Source: an uncultured Actinomycetes bacterium (GTDB lineage: Bacteria; Actinomycetota; UBA4738; HRBIN12). Taken from it: DNA of 64,000 nucleotides. Position numbers and translations under genes: made by a program. Below the pieces are notes generated by a model that was not told the origin of the DNA, ran no database searches, and worked only from the letters and a program-made list of their open reading frames with translations. The DNA lies in the NCBI GenBank assembly GCA_963704885.1, contig CAVPIB010000004.1, positions 320,001-384,000 of the forward strand, given 5' to 3'. Shown here piece by piece: positions 52,755 to 62,401 of this stretch (position 1 is its first letter; every line of letters starts with the position of its first letter).

Positions 52755-54748
52755 TCCGCCCCCCCAGCCACCGGCACCGGCACCGGCACCGGCACCGGGT
52801 CCGCATCTCCGGCCACGCCGCTCTGTAGGCCGAACCCTCGCATGGACACCAACCGCCGACTCCGCGCGATCAGGAAGACCGTGGGCCGCTTGAAGAAGTA
52901 GACGACGAAGAGGTCTAGGAGTGTGGCGACACCCAGGGTCAGGGCGAACCCTCGGACCGAGCTGACGGCAGTGAGGTACAGGACCACGGCCGCGATCCCG
53001 GTCACCGTGTCGGCCGCAACGATCGTCCGGTACGCGCGCTTGAACGCCGGCTGTACGGCCGACCTAGCGCTCTTACCGTTGCGGACCTCGTCCTTCAGTC
53101 GTTCGAAGAACACGATGTAGGAGTCGGCCGTGACACCCAGAGAGATCACTAACCCGGCGATCCCTGCGAGCGTCAGCGAATACCCGAAGGCGATCCCTGC
53201 GAGCGATACGAGCGCGAGCGCCAGGATGGCCCAGATAGTCATGCCGACCCAAGCGACCACACCGAGCAGCCGGTAGTAGAAGAGGAGATAGAGGAAGAGG
53301 AGGATGAGACCCACGAGCCCCGCGACGATCCCTTGTCGCAGCGACTCCTGCCCGAGCGTAGCGCTCACCGTGAGCGTCTGCAGCTTCGTGAGCTGCACGG
53401 GCAGCGCTCCGGCGTTCAGCACGGTAGCCAGGTCTTCGGCCCCCTGCTTGTCGAAGCTCCCAGAGATCTCTCCCGAGCCGTCGATCTGACTTTGCACCGT
53501 GGGTGCAGAGATCACCTCATTGTCCAACACGATCGCGAGCTGCCTGCCGACCAACCGCCCGGTCACCTCCGAGAAGATCGCCGACCCGTCCTTGGTGAGA
53601 TCGAAGCTCACCACCCATCCCGACGAGAGGTTCGTGGAGGTGGCTGTGGTGAGCACCGCCGTCGCCCTCTTGATGGCCGTTCCGGTGATCTGCACGGGAC
53701 CCAGGTTGTACTTGCTGCCGTCCTGGCCGATCAACCAGACGTCCTGGTCCTTGAGCGCGTTCTCGTCGGCCGGGCAATCTGGGGTCACGCTCTGCGGGTC
53801 GGCGTCGCACGTGAGGGCCTGGCCCGCGAACGAGGGGTCTCCAGGGAACAGCGTCGTGAGCACCTCTCGCTGCTCCAAGCGGGCGGTGGTACCGATCAGG
53901 TCCAGCAGGCGCGACTGCCCGGTGTTCTGGAGTCGAAGCTGCGCCTCCTCCTGGGTGAGGGAACACCCCAGGTTCACGTCGGCGGAGCTGATCACGCAGT
54001 ACTCGGTGTCGAACGACTGCACGCTGATCGCATCCAGTACATCCTGCGCGGCCGCCTTGTCTGGGAATCCACATGGGAGGTTCACGGCGCCGTTGCCTGA
54101 GAGGCAGACGTCCTTGGTGGTCGTGGTGCTAACGCTGTCCTTGGCCGCCTTCGCGGCATCCTGCGTATCGAAACAGCCGTAGCTGACCCTGGTGGGGTCC
54201 TCCACACACCACTGACCGGTTGCCCCCGGGGTGGTGTCCCGCTTCACTTTCAAGGCATCGATCGTCGCTTCGGCCTCCTTGTCTGAGCCGAAGCAGACGG
54301 TTCCCACCGTGAGGTCGTCGCTCGATAGGCACACGCTGGTGCTCTCGCTCACCGAGATCCCCGCTAGGGCGCCCTTGGCGCCCGCCTCCTCCGCGACGCA
54401 GCCGTAGTTGGCGTCTTGCGGATCTACCAGGCAGTACTGCGTCTTGGCGCGCTCCTGGATCGACCCTTTCGCCAGTCCCGGGAGCTGGACCTCTATGTTC
54501 TGACCCGACACGAAGATCTGCGGTTCGCCGACGCCGAACGCGTCTACGCGGTTGCGGATGTTCTCCAAGGCCTGCTGCATGACGGAGTCGGGCGTGCTCG
54601 CGGGAGCCTGGAGGATCACCGAAACACCGCCTTCTAGGTCCAGGCCGAGAAGCGGCTTCAGCGCTCCCGTCGCGAACCCTACGAGGGATGCCAAGACCAG
54701 GACCAGCACGAAGACGATCGAGGCCCACAGCCCCTTCGTGCCCCTCAC
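52751..54748 (-). CDS. secD: Protein translocase subunit SecD with a Cys-rich repeat insertion
   Basis: LGLDLEGG, IRNRVDAFGVGEP, LAIVLD..VISAP, GALP, TADSYIVFFERLKDE, VRGFALTL. Confidence 0.95.
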   Translation of the reverse strand: MRGTKGLWASIVFVLVLVLASLVGFATGALKPLLGLDLEGGVSVILQAPASTPDSVMQQALENIRNRVDAFGVGEPQIFVSGQNIEVQLPGLAKGSIQERAKTQYCLVDPQDANYGCVAEEAGAKGALAGISVSESTSVCLSSDDLTVGTVCFGSDKEAEATIDALKVKRDTTPGATGQWCVEDPTRVSYGCFDTQDAAKAAKDSVSTTTTKDVCLSGNGAVNLPCGFPDKAAAQDVLDAISVQSFDTEYCVISSADVNLGCSLTQEEAQLRLQNTGQSRLLDLIGTTARLEQREVLTTLFPGDPSFAGQALTCDADPQSVTPDCPADENALKDQDVWLIGQDGSKYNLGPVQITGTAIKRATAVLTTATSTNLSSGWVVSFDLTKDGSAIFSEVTGRLVGRQLAIVLDNEVISAPTVQSQIDGSGEISGSFDKQGAEDLATVLNAGALPVQLTKLQTLTVSATLGQESLRQGIVAGLVGLILLFLYLLFYYRLLGVVAWVGMTIWAILALALVSLAGIAFGYSLTLAGIAGLVISLGVTADSYIVFFERLKDEVRNGKSARSAVQPAFKRAYRTIVAADTVTGIAAVVLYLTAVSSVRGFALTLGVATLLDLFVVYFFKRPTVFLIARSRRLVSMRGFGLQSGVAGDADPVPVPVPVPVAGGAE
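52769..52798. repeat. Perfect (CACCGG)x5 tandem repeat encoding the Pro-Val run at the SecD C-terminus
   Basis: Read directly from sequence; encodes PVPVPVPVPV. Confidence 0.9.
53918..54436 (-). repeat. Five protein-level repeats (C-x10/11-C plus Ala-rich helix) inside the SecD P1 domain
   Basis: CLVDPQDANYGC, CLSSDDLTVGTVC, CVEDPTRVSYGC, CLSGNGAVNLPC, CVISSADVNLGC at about 35-40 aa spacing. Confidence 0.8.
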
Positions 54749-55443
54749 GCCAGCTCAGCGCCGTTCACGGTCAATCGGAAGCGCGCGTCCAGCTGCTCGG
54801 CAGCGTGGCGGCACATCTGCATCCTGCCCAGGAAGATCTCGAAGTATTCCATGACTTGACTGAGCCCGGTGTCGATCGTCAGCTCGAGCGTGACGGTTCG
54901 GGCGTCTGAGTCTACCCGCAGGAACGACTGTTCGACGGCGGAGTTGACCCGGTCGTGGATATCCACAGCTGCTTGTCCGGATCGCCTCACCCGACTGCGA
55001 TGCACATCGGACTTGTCGGCCAAGATGACTGCGGCCGAGATCGGGGAGACGGCGTACCCCTGGTCCTCTTCATGGTTCGCGATGGCCGCCATGATGGCCG
55101 CCAGGTCGCCACCCGCGGCCCGATCCTTGAGCGCTTGGTAGACGAGTATCGCGCCCGTCTGGGCGTGCGACCCCCGCGTGAGCATGTTCCCAACGTCGTG
55201 AAGGTAGCCCGCGACGCACGCCAGGTCCGCCTCGCGTTGATCGAAGCCGAGCCTGTGTAGGACTTGGTAGGAGATGCTCGCCACCAGGTTGGCGTGGCGG
55301 AAGCCGTGCTCGGTGTAGCCCATCCCCTCCATCACGCGATCCGCCGATGCGATGAAGAGCGAGAGTTCTGGATCGGCTTGGACGTCCTCGAGCGTGACGG
55401 AGGCGGCTGCGCCGGTGCCTCCGGGCTCGCCCGGTTCGCTCAC
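54745..55443 (-). CDS. HD-domain phosphohydrolase
   Basis: EHGFRH, YLHDVG, NHEE, LADKSD; GTGA overlaps with both yajC and secD. Confidence 0.85.
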   Translation of the reverse strand: MSEPGEPGGTGAAASVTLEDVQADPELSLFIASADRVMEGMGYTEHGFRHANLVASISYQVLHRLGFDQREADLACVAGYLHDVGNMLTRGSHAQTGAILVYQALKDRAAGGDLAAIMAAIANHEEDQGYAVSPISAAVILADKSDVHRSRVRRSGQAAVDIHDRVNSAVEQSFLRVDSDARTVTLELTIDTGLSQVMEYFEIFLGRMQMCRHAAEQLDARFRLTVNGAELA

Positions 55444-55790
55444 GAGGACGGCTGGTCCTCATCTTCGGACTCGTCCTCGTAATCGTCGTCCTCGGTGAGT
55501 CGCCGGGCGATACCCGACCTCACCATACGGATCCGGGTGCCAGCGGCGATCTCGAGCTCGAGGGTGCCCTCTTCCTCATCGATCTCGCTGATGACGCCGA
55601 ACATCCCGCTGGTGGTCATAACCTCGTCGCCGACCTGGATCGAGTTGACCAGCGCCTGCTGGGCACGCGCGCGCTTCTGCTGAGGACGGATGAGGAGGAA
55701 GTAGAACACCCCGCCCATCAGGATGAGGGGAGCGAATAGGGTGATCGGGTTGCTGCCCTGGCTAGAGGACTGCGCGATCCAAGCCAACAT
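55440..55790 (-). CDS. yajC: Preprotein translocase subunit YajC
   Basis: FYFLLIRPQQKR, GDEVMTTSGMFG, LEIAAG. Confidence 0.94.
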   Translation of the reverse strand: MLAWIAQSSSQGSNPITLFAPLILMGGVFYFLLIRPQQKRARAQQALVNSIQVGDEVMTTSGMFGVISEIDEEEGTLELEIAAGTRIRMVRSGIARRLTEDDDYEDESEDEDQPSS

Positions 55791-55866
55791 GTGAAAGCCT
55801 TCCGTGTCCGGGGAACCGAGGACGGAGTCTAACCGCCCGGTCGGGTGAACGACGCTCCTGAGCGCC

Positions 55867-56880
55867 TCAGAGCGGCAGCGTGCCGGGCGCGCTGATACCC
55901 AGGTGGCGGAACGCACGCTCGGTGGCAACGCGGCCCCGAGGCGTGCGCTTGAGGAACCCCAGCTGCATCAGGTAGGGCTCCACGACGTCCTCTATGGTGT
56001 CGGGCTCCTCACCGAGCGCCGACGCCAATGTGGACAGGCCAACAGGACCACCCCCGAACTTCTCGACCACCACGCGAAGGACCCCGTGATCCAGGCGGTC
56101 AAGACCCTCCTCGTCCACCTCGAAGAGCGCGAGGCCGGCTCGCGAGACGTCGCCGGTGATCGCACCGTCGTGGCGAACCTGGGCGAAGTCCCGCACGCGA
56201 CGCAAGAGTCGGTTCGCGATGCGGGGCGTCCCACGCGAACGGGTGGCGATCTCGTCCGCGCCCTCCTCATCGATCCGCAGCTCCAAGATCCCGGCGGAGC
56301 GTCTGACGATCCGCCCCAGGTCATCCACCGGGTAGTAGTCCAAACGCGGGGAGAAGCCGAACCGCTCTCGCAGAGGCAGCGTGATACGACCGGGACGAGT
56401 GGTGGCGCCGATCAGGGTGAAGCGGGGTAACTCGAGTCGGATGCTCCGCGCGGTAGGGCCCTTACCTAAGACGACGTCCAGGTTGAAGTCCTCCAGCGCC
56501 GGGTACAGGACCTCCTCCACGGTCCGCGGCATCCGATGGATCTCGTCCACGAACAAGACGTCGCCGGTCTCGAGGTTGGTGAGGATGGCTGCGAGATCGC
56601 TCGGTCGATCGAGAGCGGGGCCAGACGTCGGCTGGAAGCCCGCGCCCATCTCGTTCGCGACGATCTGGCCGAGCGTGGTCTTGCCCAACCCCGGCGGGCC
56701 GCTGAAGAGCAGATGGTCCACCGGCTCACCGCGCTGGCGCGCCCCGTCGATCAGTAGTAGTAGTTGCTCCTTCACCCGCTCCTGCCCCACGAACTCCGCC
56801 AGGGTTCGTGGGCGCAATGCCATCTCGGATTCGGGATCCTCGGGCAGCTCGGCGACCTCGATCAGCCGTTCCTCGTCCAT
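55867..56880 (-). CDS. ruvB: Holliday junction branch migration helicase RuvB
   Basis: [43 protein letters not shown]. Confidence 0.97.
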   Translation of the reverse strand: MDEERLIEVAELPEDPESEMALRPRTLAEFVGQERVKEQLLLLIDGARQRGEPVDHLLFSGPPGLGKTTLGQIVANEMGAGFQPTSGPALDRPSDLAAILTNLETGDVLFVDEIHRMPRTVEEVLYPALEDFNLDVVLGKGPTARSIRLELPRFTLIGATTRPGRITLPLRERFGFSPRLDYYPVDDLGRIVRRSAGILELRIDEEGADEIATRSRGTPRIANRLLRRVRDFAQVRHDGAITGDVSRAGLALFEVDEEGLDRLDHGVLRVVVEKFGGGPVGLSTLASALGEEPDTIEDVVEPYLMQLGFLKRTPRGRVATERAFRHLGISAPGTLPL

Positions 56881-57447
56881 CTACCGGCCCACCCGCTGCA
56901 GTGCTTCCTTCAGGAGCTCGTCCACCGCTCGGTCGTCGACCTCTAGATCCGCCATCGCGCCACTCGCCTCCTGGGGCGTGAGGCCGAGCGCCAGCAAAGC
57001 CTCGCGGACGTCCGCGAGCGGGCCGCCGACCACCAGGTCGCCTTCACCACCCATCCGGTCGCGGAGATCCAGGACCACGCGTTGCGCGACCTTCTTCCCG
57101 ACGCCCGGGACGACCGTCAACGCCCCGACGTCGCCAACCACCACCGAGCGTCGCAGTGCCTCCGGTGAGAGCGACGACAGGAACGCGAGCGCGACCTTGG
57201 GCCCAACCCCCGTCACGCCGGTCAACAGGTCGAAGAGCTCACGCTCGTCGGGCGACCCGAAACCGTAGAGGAGCATCGCGTCGTCCCGCACGATCATCCT
57301 CGTGTGGATCCGGGCGCGACGACCGACGGGTGGCAGCGAGGCGAGGGTCGACGTGGGGACGAGAACGTCGTAGCCGATGCCCCCCACGTCCACGACAACT
57401 CGGGCGCCCGCCTTCTCGACGACCTCGCCCTCCAGGAACGAGATCAT
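56881..57447 (-). CDS. ruvA: Holliday junction branch migration protein RuvA
   Basis: MISFLEG, GIGY, LYGF, VTGVGPKVA, VPGVGKKVAQR, EALLALG. Confidence 0.96.
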   Translation of the reverse strand: MISFLEGEVVEKAGARVVVDVGGIGYDVLVPTSTLASLPPVGRRARIHTRMIVRDDAMLLYGFGSPDERELFDLLTGVTGVGPKVALAFLSSLSPEALRRSVVVGDVGALTVVPGVGKKVAQRVVLDLRDRMGGEGDLVVGGPLADVREALLALGLTPQEASGAMADLEVDDRAVDELLKEALQRVGR

Positions 57448-57956
57448 CGGGCCTCCGCGCGAGCCGCAGCCTCCGTGAACCGAGAACGGACCAGGTGCGT
57501 CACGGCGATCGCCACGGCATCGACGGCATCGGACTGGGCCGGGACATCCGACAGGCCGTGCACACGTATGAGCGCCGTTCGGATCTGAGCCTTGTCGGCG
57601 GTTCCAGCGCCGGTGATCGCGTTCTTCACCTCGAGGGAACCGTACTCCTCGACCGGGACGCCGGCCTCGGCGGCCGCTACCATGACCACACCCGTCGCAC
57701 GGGCCACGGCCATGGCGCTCGCCTTGTTCACGTTCCACGCCACCCGCTCCAGCGCGACCGACACCGGGTGGTGATCGGAGATGACCGAGCGCACGCTCTT
57801 CGATATCGCCTGCAGCCGGATGGCTTCCGGGTCCCGGCGAGAGGTCTCGACCGTCCCGCTCCACACGATCACGGGCCTGCGATCCCGACGCGCGACGACG
57901 GCCAAGCCCATCCGGGTCATCCCGGGGTCCACGCCGAGGACGCACGTATCGAACAT
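57444..57956 (-). CDS. ruvC: Crossover junction endodeoxyribonuclease RuvC
   Basis: VLGVDPG, ALERV, EVKNAITGAGTADK, DAVDAVAIA; ATG at 57956. Confidence 0.95.
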   Translation of the reverse strand: MFDTCVLGVDPGMTRMGLAVVARRDRRPVIVWSGTVETSRRDPEAIRLQAISKSVRSVISDHHPVSVALERVAWNVNKASAMAVARATGVVMVAAAEAGVPVEEYGSLEVKNAITGAGTADKAQIRTALIRVHGLSDVPAQSDAVDAVAIAVTHLVRSRFTEAAARAEAR

Positions 57957-57964
57957 CTGTTCGT
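57949..57964. promoter_or_regulatory. LexA (SOS) box overlapping the ruvC start codon
   Basis: TCGAAC-ATCT-GTTCGT matches the actinobacterial TCGAAC-N4-GTTCGA; -10 TAGACT at 57967-57972 (minus strand). Confidence 0.85.
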
Positions 57965-58007
57965 GCAGTCTAGGGTCGGGCCCCAGGCGGGGCAATCACC
58001 CGCCACG

Positions 58008-58757
58008 CTAGAGAGATGCCATCAGCTCTTCGGATATGTCGAAGTTGGCGTAGACGGCCTGCACGTCGTCCAATTCCTCCAGCGACTCGATCAGGTTCAG
58101 GACCTGCCGGGCCTCTCCTCCGTCGACGGGCACCGTAGCTTGGGGGAGCATGGTGATCTCCGCGGAGTAGACGAGCACCCCAGCTTCCTCGAGCGCATCG
58201 CTGACGGTCATGAGGGCCGTGGGATCGCTCACTATGTCCCACGAGCTCTCCGAATCGCCGAGATCCTCGGCGCCGGAACCGAGGACGAGCTCAAGCAGGC
58301 GATCCTCGTCCGGAGCCCCGCTCTTCTCGACAACGATCAGGCCCTTACGCGTGAACATCCATGCGGTGCTGCCCTGGTCTCCCAGGTTCCCGTTGTGCCG
58401 AGTGAAAGCGTGGCGGATCTCCTGGCCGGTCCGGTTCCGGTTGTCGGTGAGGGCCTCGATCAGCAGCGCGACGCCTCCGGGAGCGTAGCCCTCGTACTGC
58501 AGCTCTTCGTACCGGGCGCCGTCATCGAGCTCACCGGTCCCCCGCTTGATCGCACGATCTATGTTGTCGCTCGGAACGGAGAAGCTCTTCGCTTTGTCCA
58601 CTGCGGACGCGAGCGTCATGTTGCCGTCGATGTTGCCACCCCCTTCGCGGGCCGCGACCTCGACAGCGCGCAGGAGCTTCGCGTACATGTTGGACCGCTT
58701 CGAATCGGTCGCTTCCTTCTTCCGCTTGATGGTGGCCCACTTGGAGTGTCCTGACAT
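58008..58757 (-). CDS. yebC: YebC/PmpR family protein
   Basis: MSGHSKWATIKRKK, YEGYAPGGVA, TDNRNRT, DDVQAVYAN. Confidence 0.96.
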   Translation of the reverse strand: MSGHSKWATIKRKKEATDSKRSNMYAKLLRAVEVAAREGGGNIDGNMTLASAVDKAKSFSVPSDNIDRAIKRGTGELDDGARYEELQYEGYAPGGVALLIEALTDNRNRTGQEIRHAFTRHNGNLGDQGSTAWMFTRKGLIVVEKSGAPDEDRLLELVLGSGAEDLGDSESSWDIVSDPTALMTVSDALEEAGVLVYSAEITMLPQATVPVDGGEARQVLNLIESLEELDDVQAVYANFDISEELMASL

Positions 58758-58761
58758 CGCT

Positions 58762-59319
58762 CTACACCTTCTTCAGCAGGTACTCGTGGAGAGCCGTCTC
58801 GCCGACCAACTCAGGGTGGAAGGATGCCACGAGCAGGTTGTCCTGCTCCAGGACGACCGGATGACCCTCGTGCTCCGCCAGCACCGTCACGGTGGGGCCC
58901 ACGTCCTCCACCCATGGTGCGCGGATGAAGACCCCGCGAACCGCGTGGTCGATCCCGATCACGTCGAGGTCGGTCTCGAACGACTCAACCTGTCGACCGT
59001 ACGCGTTGCGCCGCACCGTGATGTCGAAAAGGCCGAAGAGCGGCTCTCCGCCCTGAACCCGTTCCGCCAACACGATCATGCCCGCGCACGTGCCCAGGAT
59101 CGGCATCCCTGCGGCCGAGCGGACCTGTACCGGCTCGACCAGCCCGCCCAGACGCGCGAGCTTCGCGATCGTCGTGGACTCGCCGCCCGGGATCACGAGA
59201 CAGTCCACTCCCGCCAACCCTTCGGGGGTTCTGACCTCCACGGGCGTTGCGCCCACGTCGGCCAGCGCTCGGGCGTGTTCGCGGAAATCTCCTTGGAGCG
59301 CGAGGACGCCGGCCTTCAC
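58762..59319 (-). CDS. pdxT: PLP synthase glutaminase subunit
   Basis: GVLALQGDFREH, PGGEST, GTCAG, RNAYGRQ, FHPE. Confidence 0.96.
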   Translation of the reverse strand: MKAGVLALQGDFREHARALADVGATPVEVRTPEGLAGVDCLVIPGGESTTIAKLARLGGLVEPVQVRSAAGMPILGTCAGMIVLAERVQGGEPLFGLFDITVRRNAYGRQVESFETDLDVIGIDHAVRGVFIRAPWVEDVGPTVTVLAEHEGHPVVLEQDNLLVASFHPELVGETALHEYLLKKV

Positions 59320-59332
59320 TCAGACCTCGCCG

Positions 59333-60220
59333 CTACCAGCCGCGGGTCTGGAGCAGACCCTCCTCGCCGATCTCCTTCATATCTAGACCTGGCATGGGCT
59401 CCCCGAGGCCGCGCGAGACCTTGGCCAAGACGTCGGGATCGTTGAAATGCGTGGTCGCCTCCACGATCGCACGGGCACGCGGCGCCGGATCCTCGGACTT
59501 GAAGATCCCGGAGCCCACGAACACGCCGTCGACACCGAGCTGCATCATGAGGGCCGCGTCCGCCGGCGTCGCCAGGCCGCCGGCGGCGAAGTTGACCAAC
59601 GGGAGCTTGCCGCTAGCGGCGACCTCCCTGACGAGCTCGACGGGCGCTCCCAGGTCCTTCGCCGCGCCGACGTGCTGCTCCGGCCGGAGCGTGGACAGCC
59701 AGGCCATCTCTCGGAGCATGGTCCTTTGGTGCCGGACGGCCTCGACCACGTTGCCGGTGCCGGCCTCGCCCTTGGTACGGATCATGGCCGCTCCCTCCGC
59801 GATCCGGCGAAGTGCCTCGCCGAGGTTCCGCGCGCCGCAGACGAACGGCACGGTGAAAGCCCACTTGTCGATGTGGTGCTCTTCGTCCGCGGGAGTCAGC
59901 ACCTCTGACTCGTCGACGTAATCGACGCCGAGCGACTGCAAGATCTGCGCTTCGACGAAATGGCCGATGCGAGCCTTCGCCATCACGGGGATGGTCACCG
60001 CCTGCTGGATCTCCTCGATCTTGGTGGCGTCGGCCATGCGGGCAACGCCACCGTCCCTGCGGATGTCGGCTGGGACCCGCTCGAGAGCCATCACGGCGCA
60101 CGCGCCGGCGTCCTCGGCGATCTTGGCCTGCTCGGCGGTGGTGACGTCCATGATGACGCCGCCCTTCAGCATCTCCGCCAGGCCCGCCTTCACCCGGAAC
60201 GTTCCGGTCTCGCGCTCCAC
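59333..60220 (-). CDS. pdxS: PLP synthase lyase subunit
   Basis: [48 protein letters not shown]. Confidence 0.97.
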   Translation of the reverse strand: MERETGTFRVKAGLAEMLKGGVIMDVTTAEQAKIAEDAGACAVMALERVPADIRRDGGVARMADATKIEEIQQAVTIPVMAKARIGHFVEAQILQSLGVDYVDESEVLTPADEEHHIDKWAFTVPFVCGARNLGEALRRIAEGAAMIRTKGEAGTGNVVEAVRHQRTMLREMAWLSTLRPEQHVGAAKDLGAPVELVREVAASGKLPLVNFAAGGLATPADAALMMQLGVDGVFVGSGIFKSEDPAPRARAIVEATTHFNDPDVLAKVSRGLGEPMPGLDMKEIGEEGLLQTRGW

Positions 60221-60297
60221 GATGGATCCCTCCTCACGACTCGTGTACCGAGTCTACCGCCGCCCCCTCGGGGCGAACCCGGCCACATCGGGCGGCG

Positions 60298-61365
60298 TCA
60301 CCGGTGCGTGAAGGTCACGGTCTCCGTCGTAGGGATCAGCTCTATCCACGTGTTCCCGGGCCTGAGCGGGATGACCTCGCCAGACCTGGTGAGGAACCTG
60401 GTGACCGCGCCCATGACGGGACGGCTCCACCTCCCCTTGATCAGCACGCCGTCGCGCAGGATCCAGGCCTTGCCCGAACCGGTGAGGGTGACCTCGGGCG
60501 AGTGATAGCCCAGTACGTCCACCAGGTTGCCCTCGAAGACCTCGACCTGCTGGATCACCACGTTGGTCGCGGTGATCGGCTGACCTGAGTCCAGCGTCAT
60601 GGGTGCGTCCTCGTACTGCCGCTGCCAACGCGCGGCGTCCGGCATCCATCGCCAGGTTGCCGTGATGGACGACGAGAAAGCGGCGGTCACGCTCACCACT
60701 CGCTTGCCGGGAACGGTCGCCTCAGCGTCGAACGTGAATACACGACGTGGCGGCCCCTCGTCGGCGATCGCCTTGGCTGCCCTGGCACGGAGCTTCGTCG
60801 TGTTGACGAACAGGTCATGCGGTGAGAACCGCTCCGGATCGCGCCAGAACGCGGCGCCGCCGCTCGACTCATCCAGGTTCACCAGACCGGAGCGCTCGAC
60901 CGCGTTCACGACCGCCGACTGTCCGCCGGAGTAGGCGATCACGGAGCTGTCGGAGAACTGGACCAGGATCATCGGATCGGTGGTCCGTGCGCTCCGGACC
61001 GGCCCCACCCTGGCCGCGTCTTCGCACTGATACAGGGCCATGAACCGCGTGATGCCACCTTCCACGATCTCTTCGTAGACCACGTCCGCGGCCTGCAAGC
61101 CGGCGAGCGGGTAAGCATCGGGCGTGTTCTCGACCTTCACTGCGACGACCGGCGTGTGCGGCACCTCATCGCCGGGGGCAGGCAGGCCGGTGAGCGGGCA
61201 TGTCGGCGGCGGCTTCGTGTGCTCTTGCCCGGTGAACGCGTCCACCGCTCTTTGGATGGGAGCAGGGGCGTTGCCCGTGAGCGCCAGGGCGATCCCGCCT
61301 ACGCCGACGAGCGCCAGCGCTCCAGCGATCGAGGCGATGGCCTTACCGCGTCGCGTGAGCGCCAA
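60298..61365 (-). CDS. DUF3048 (YerB-like) membrane-anchored protein
   Basis: TM, CPLTG, VKVEN, ADVVYEEIVEGGITR, VGPVRSAR, PGNTWIEL; AGGAGG RBS; TTGAGA-N17-TAGCAT promoter upstream. Confidence 0.85.
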   Translation of the reverse strand: MALTRRGKAIASIAGALALVGVGGIALALTGNAPAPIQRAVDAFTGQEHTKPPPTCPLTGLPAPGDEVPHTPVVAVKVENTPDAYPLAGLQAADVVYEEIVEGGITRFMALYQCEDAARVGPVRSARTTDPMILVQFSDSSVIAYSGGQSAVVNAVERSGLVNLDESSGGAAFWRDPERFSPHDLFVNTTKLRARAAKAIADEGPPRRVFTFDAEATVPGKRVVSVTAAFSSSITATWRWMPDAARWQRQYEDAPMTLDSGQPITATNVVIQQVEVFEGNLVDVLGYHSPEVTLTGSGKAWILRDGVLIKGRWSRPVMGAVTRFLTRSGEVIPLRPGNTWIELIPTTETVTFTHR

Positions 61366-61490
61366 GGTTGCGGACCTCCTGGGTGTCGTTCGACCGGACG
61401 GTGGGAGTGGATCCCGCTGGGGGAACCCGTCGGCATGCTAACGGCGCGCGGGACCCGTCTCAAACACCTGGAGTCATCTCGACCGGATCG

Positions 61491-62396
61491 TCACATCTCT
61501 TCGAGGCGCCGGATCCGCTCGGCCATCGGTGGATGGGTTGAGAACAATCGCTCCACCCGGCCGTTCTTCTCCCCGGGGAGCCGCGACGGTTGTTGCAGCC
61601 ACATGTGAGCCGTGGCGTTGTTCGCCGAGCGCATGGCGTCCGGCGCCGCCTGGATCTTCTTGAGCGCACTGATGAGCCCGGGCGGGTATCTGGTCAGCAA
61701 CGCACCCTGTGCATCGGCGAGGTACTCACGGTTCCGCGAGACCGCGAGGTGTATCAGCTGGCCGAAGATAGGCGCCAGGATCACCAACGCGAACCCGACC
61801 GCGAACACGATCAGCTGCGGGCCACCCCCGCCCCGGTCACCGCCGCGCCGGCCGCCCATCCCGCCCCACAACCAGCTGCGCATGAAGAATTCGGAGATCA
61901 GCACGATGGCGCCGATCACGGTGGCGACGATGGTGCCGTACAAGATGTCTCGATCCACGACATGTGCCATCTCGTGTCCGATCACACCTTCAAGCTCGAC
62001 ACGATCCATCGCGTCGAGCAGCCCCTGCGTAACTGCGATCGATGAATGCTCGGGATCGCGCCCGGTCGCGAAGGCGTTCGGCGCCTGCTCAGGCACCACG
62101 TAGACGCGGGGCTTCGGGACGCCGGCGGCGATCGCGAGTCCCTCCACGATGTTGTGGAGCCGCGGCTCCTGCTCGGGGGTCACTGCTCTGGCCCGGGCCG
62201 AGGCCAGCACGACCTTGTCGCCGGAGAAGTAGGAGAAGAGCTGCATCACGACCGCGAGCCCCGCTGCGATCGCGAACCCTACCCATCCGGCGCCGTAGAC
62301 CAGACCGATCGCGTAGCCGATGGCGCCCAGGAGCGCGAACGCCACGAACAGGAGCAGGAAGGTCTTGCGCTTGTTGGAGGCGATCTGTTCGTACAC
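61491..62396 (-). CDS. htpX: Zinc metalloprotease HtpX (M48)
   Basis: PNAFATGR, HEMAH, SRNREYLAD, FSTHPP; lemA-htpX pair. Confidence 0.94.
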   Translation of the reverse strand: MYEQIASNKRKTFLLLFVAFALLGAIGYAIGLVYGAGWVGFAIAAGLAVVMQLFSYFSGDKVVLASARARAVTPEQEPRLHNIVEGLAIAAGVPKPRVYVVPEQAPNAFATGRDPEHSSIAVTQGLLDAMDRVELEGVIGHEMAHVVDRDILYGTIVATVIGAIVLISEFFMRSWLWGGMGGRRGGDRGGGGPQLIVFAVGFALVILAPIFGQLIHLAVSRNREYLADAQGALLTRYPPGLISALKKIQAAPDAMRSANNATAHMWLQQPSRLPGEKNGRVERLFSTHPPMAERIRRLEEM

Positions 62397-62401
62397 GGCG
62401 G

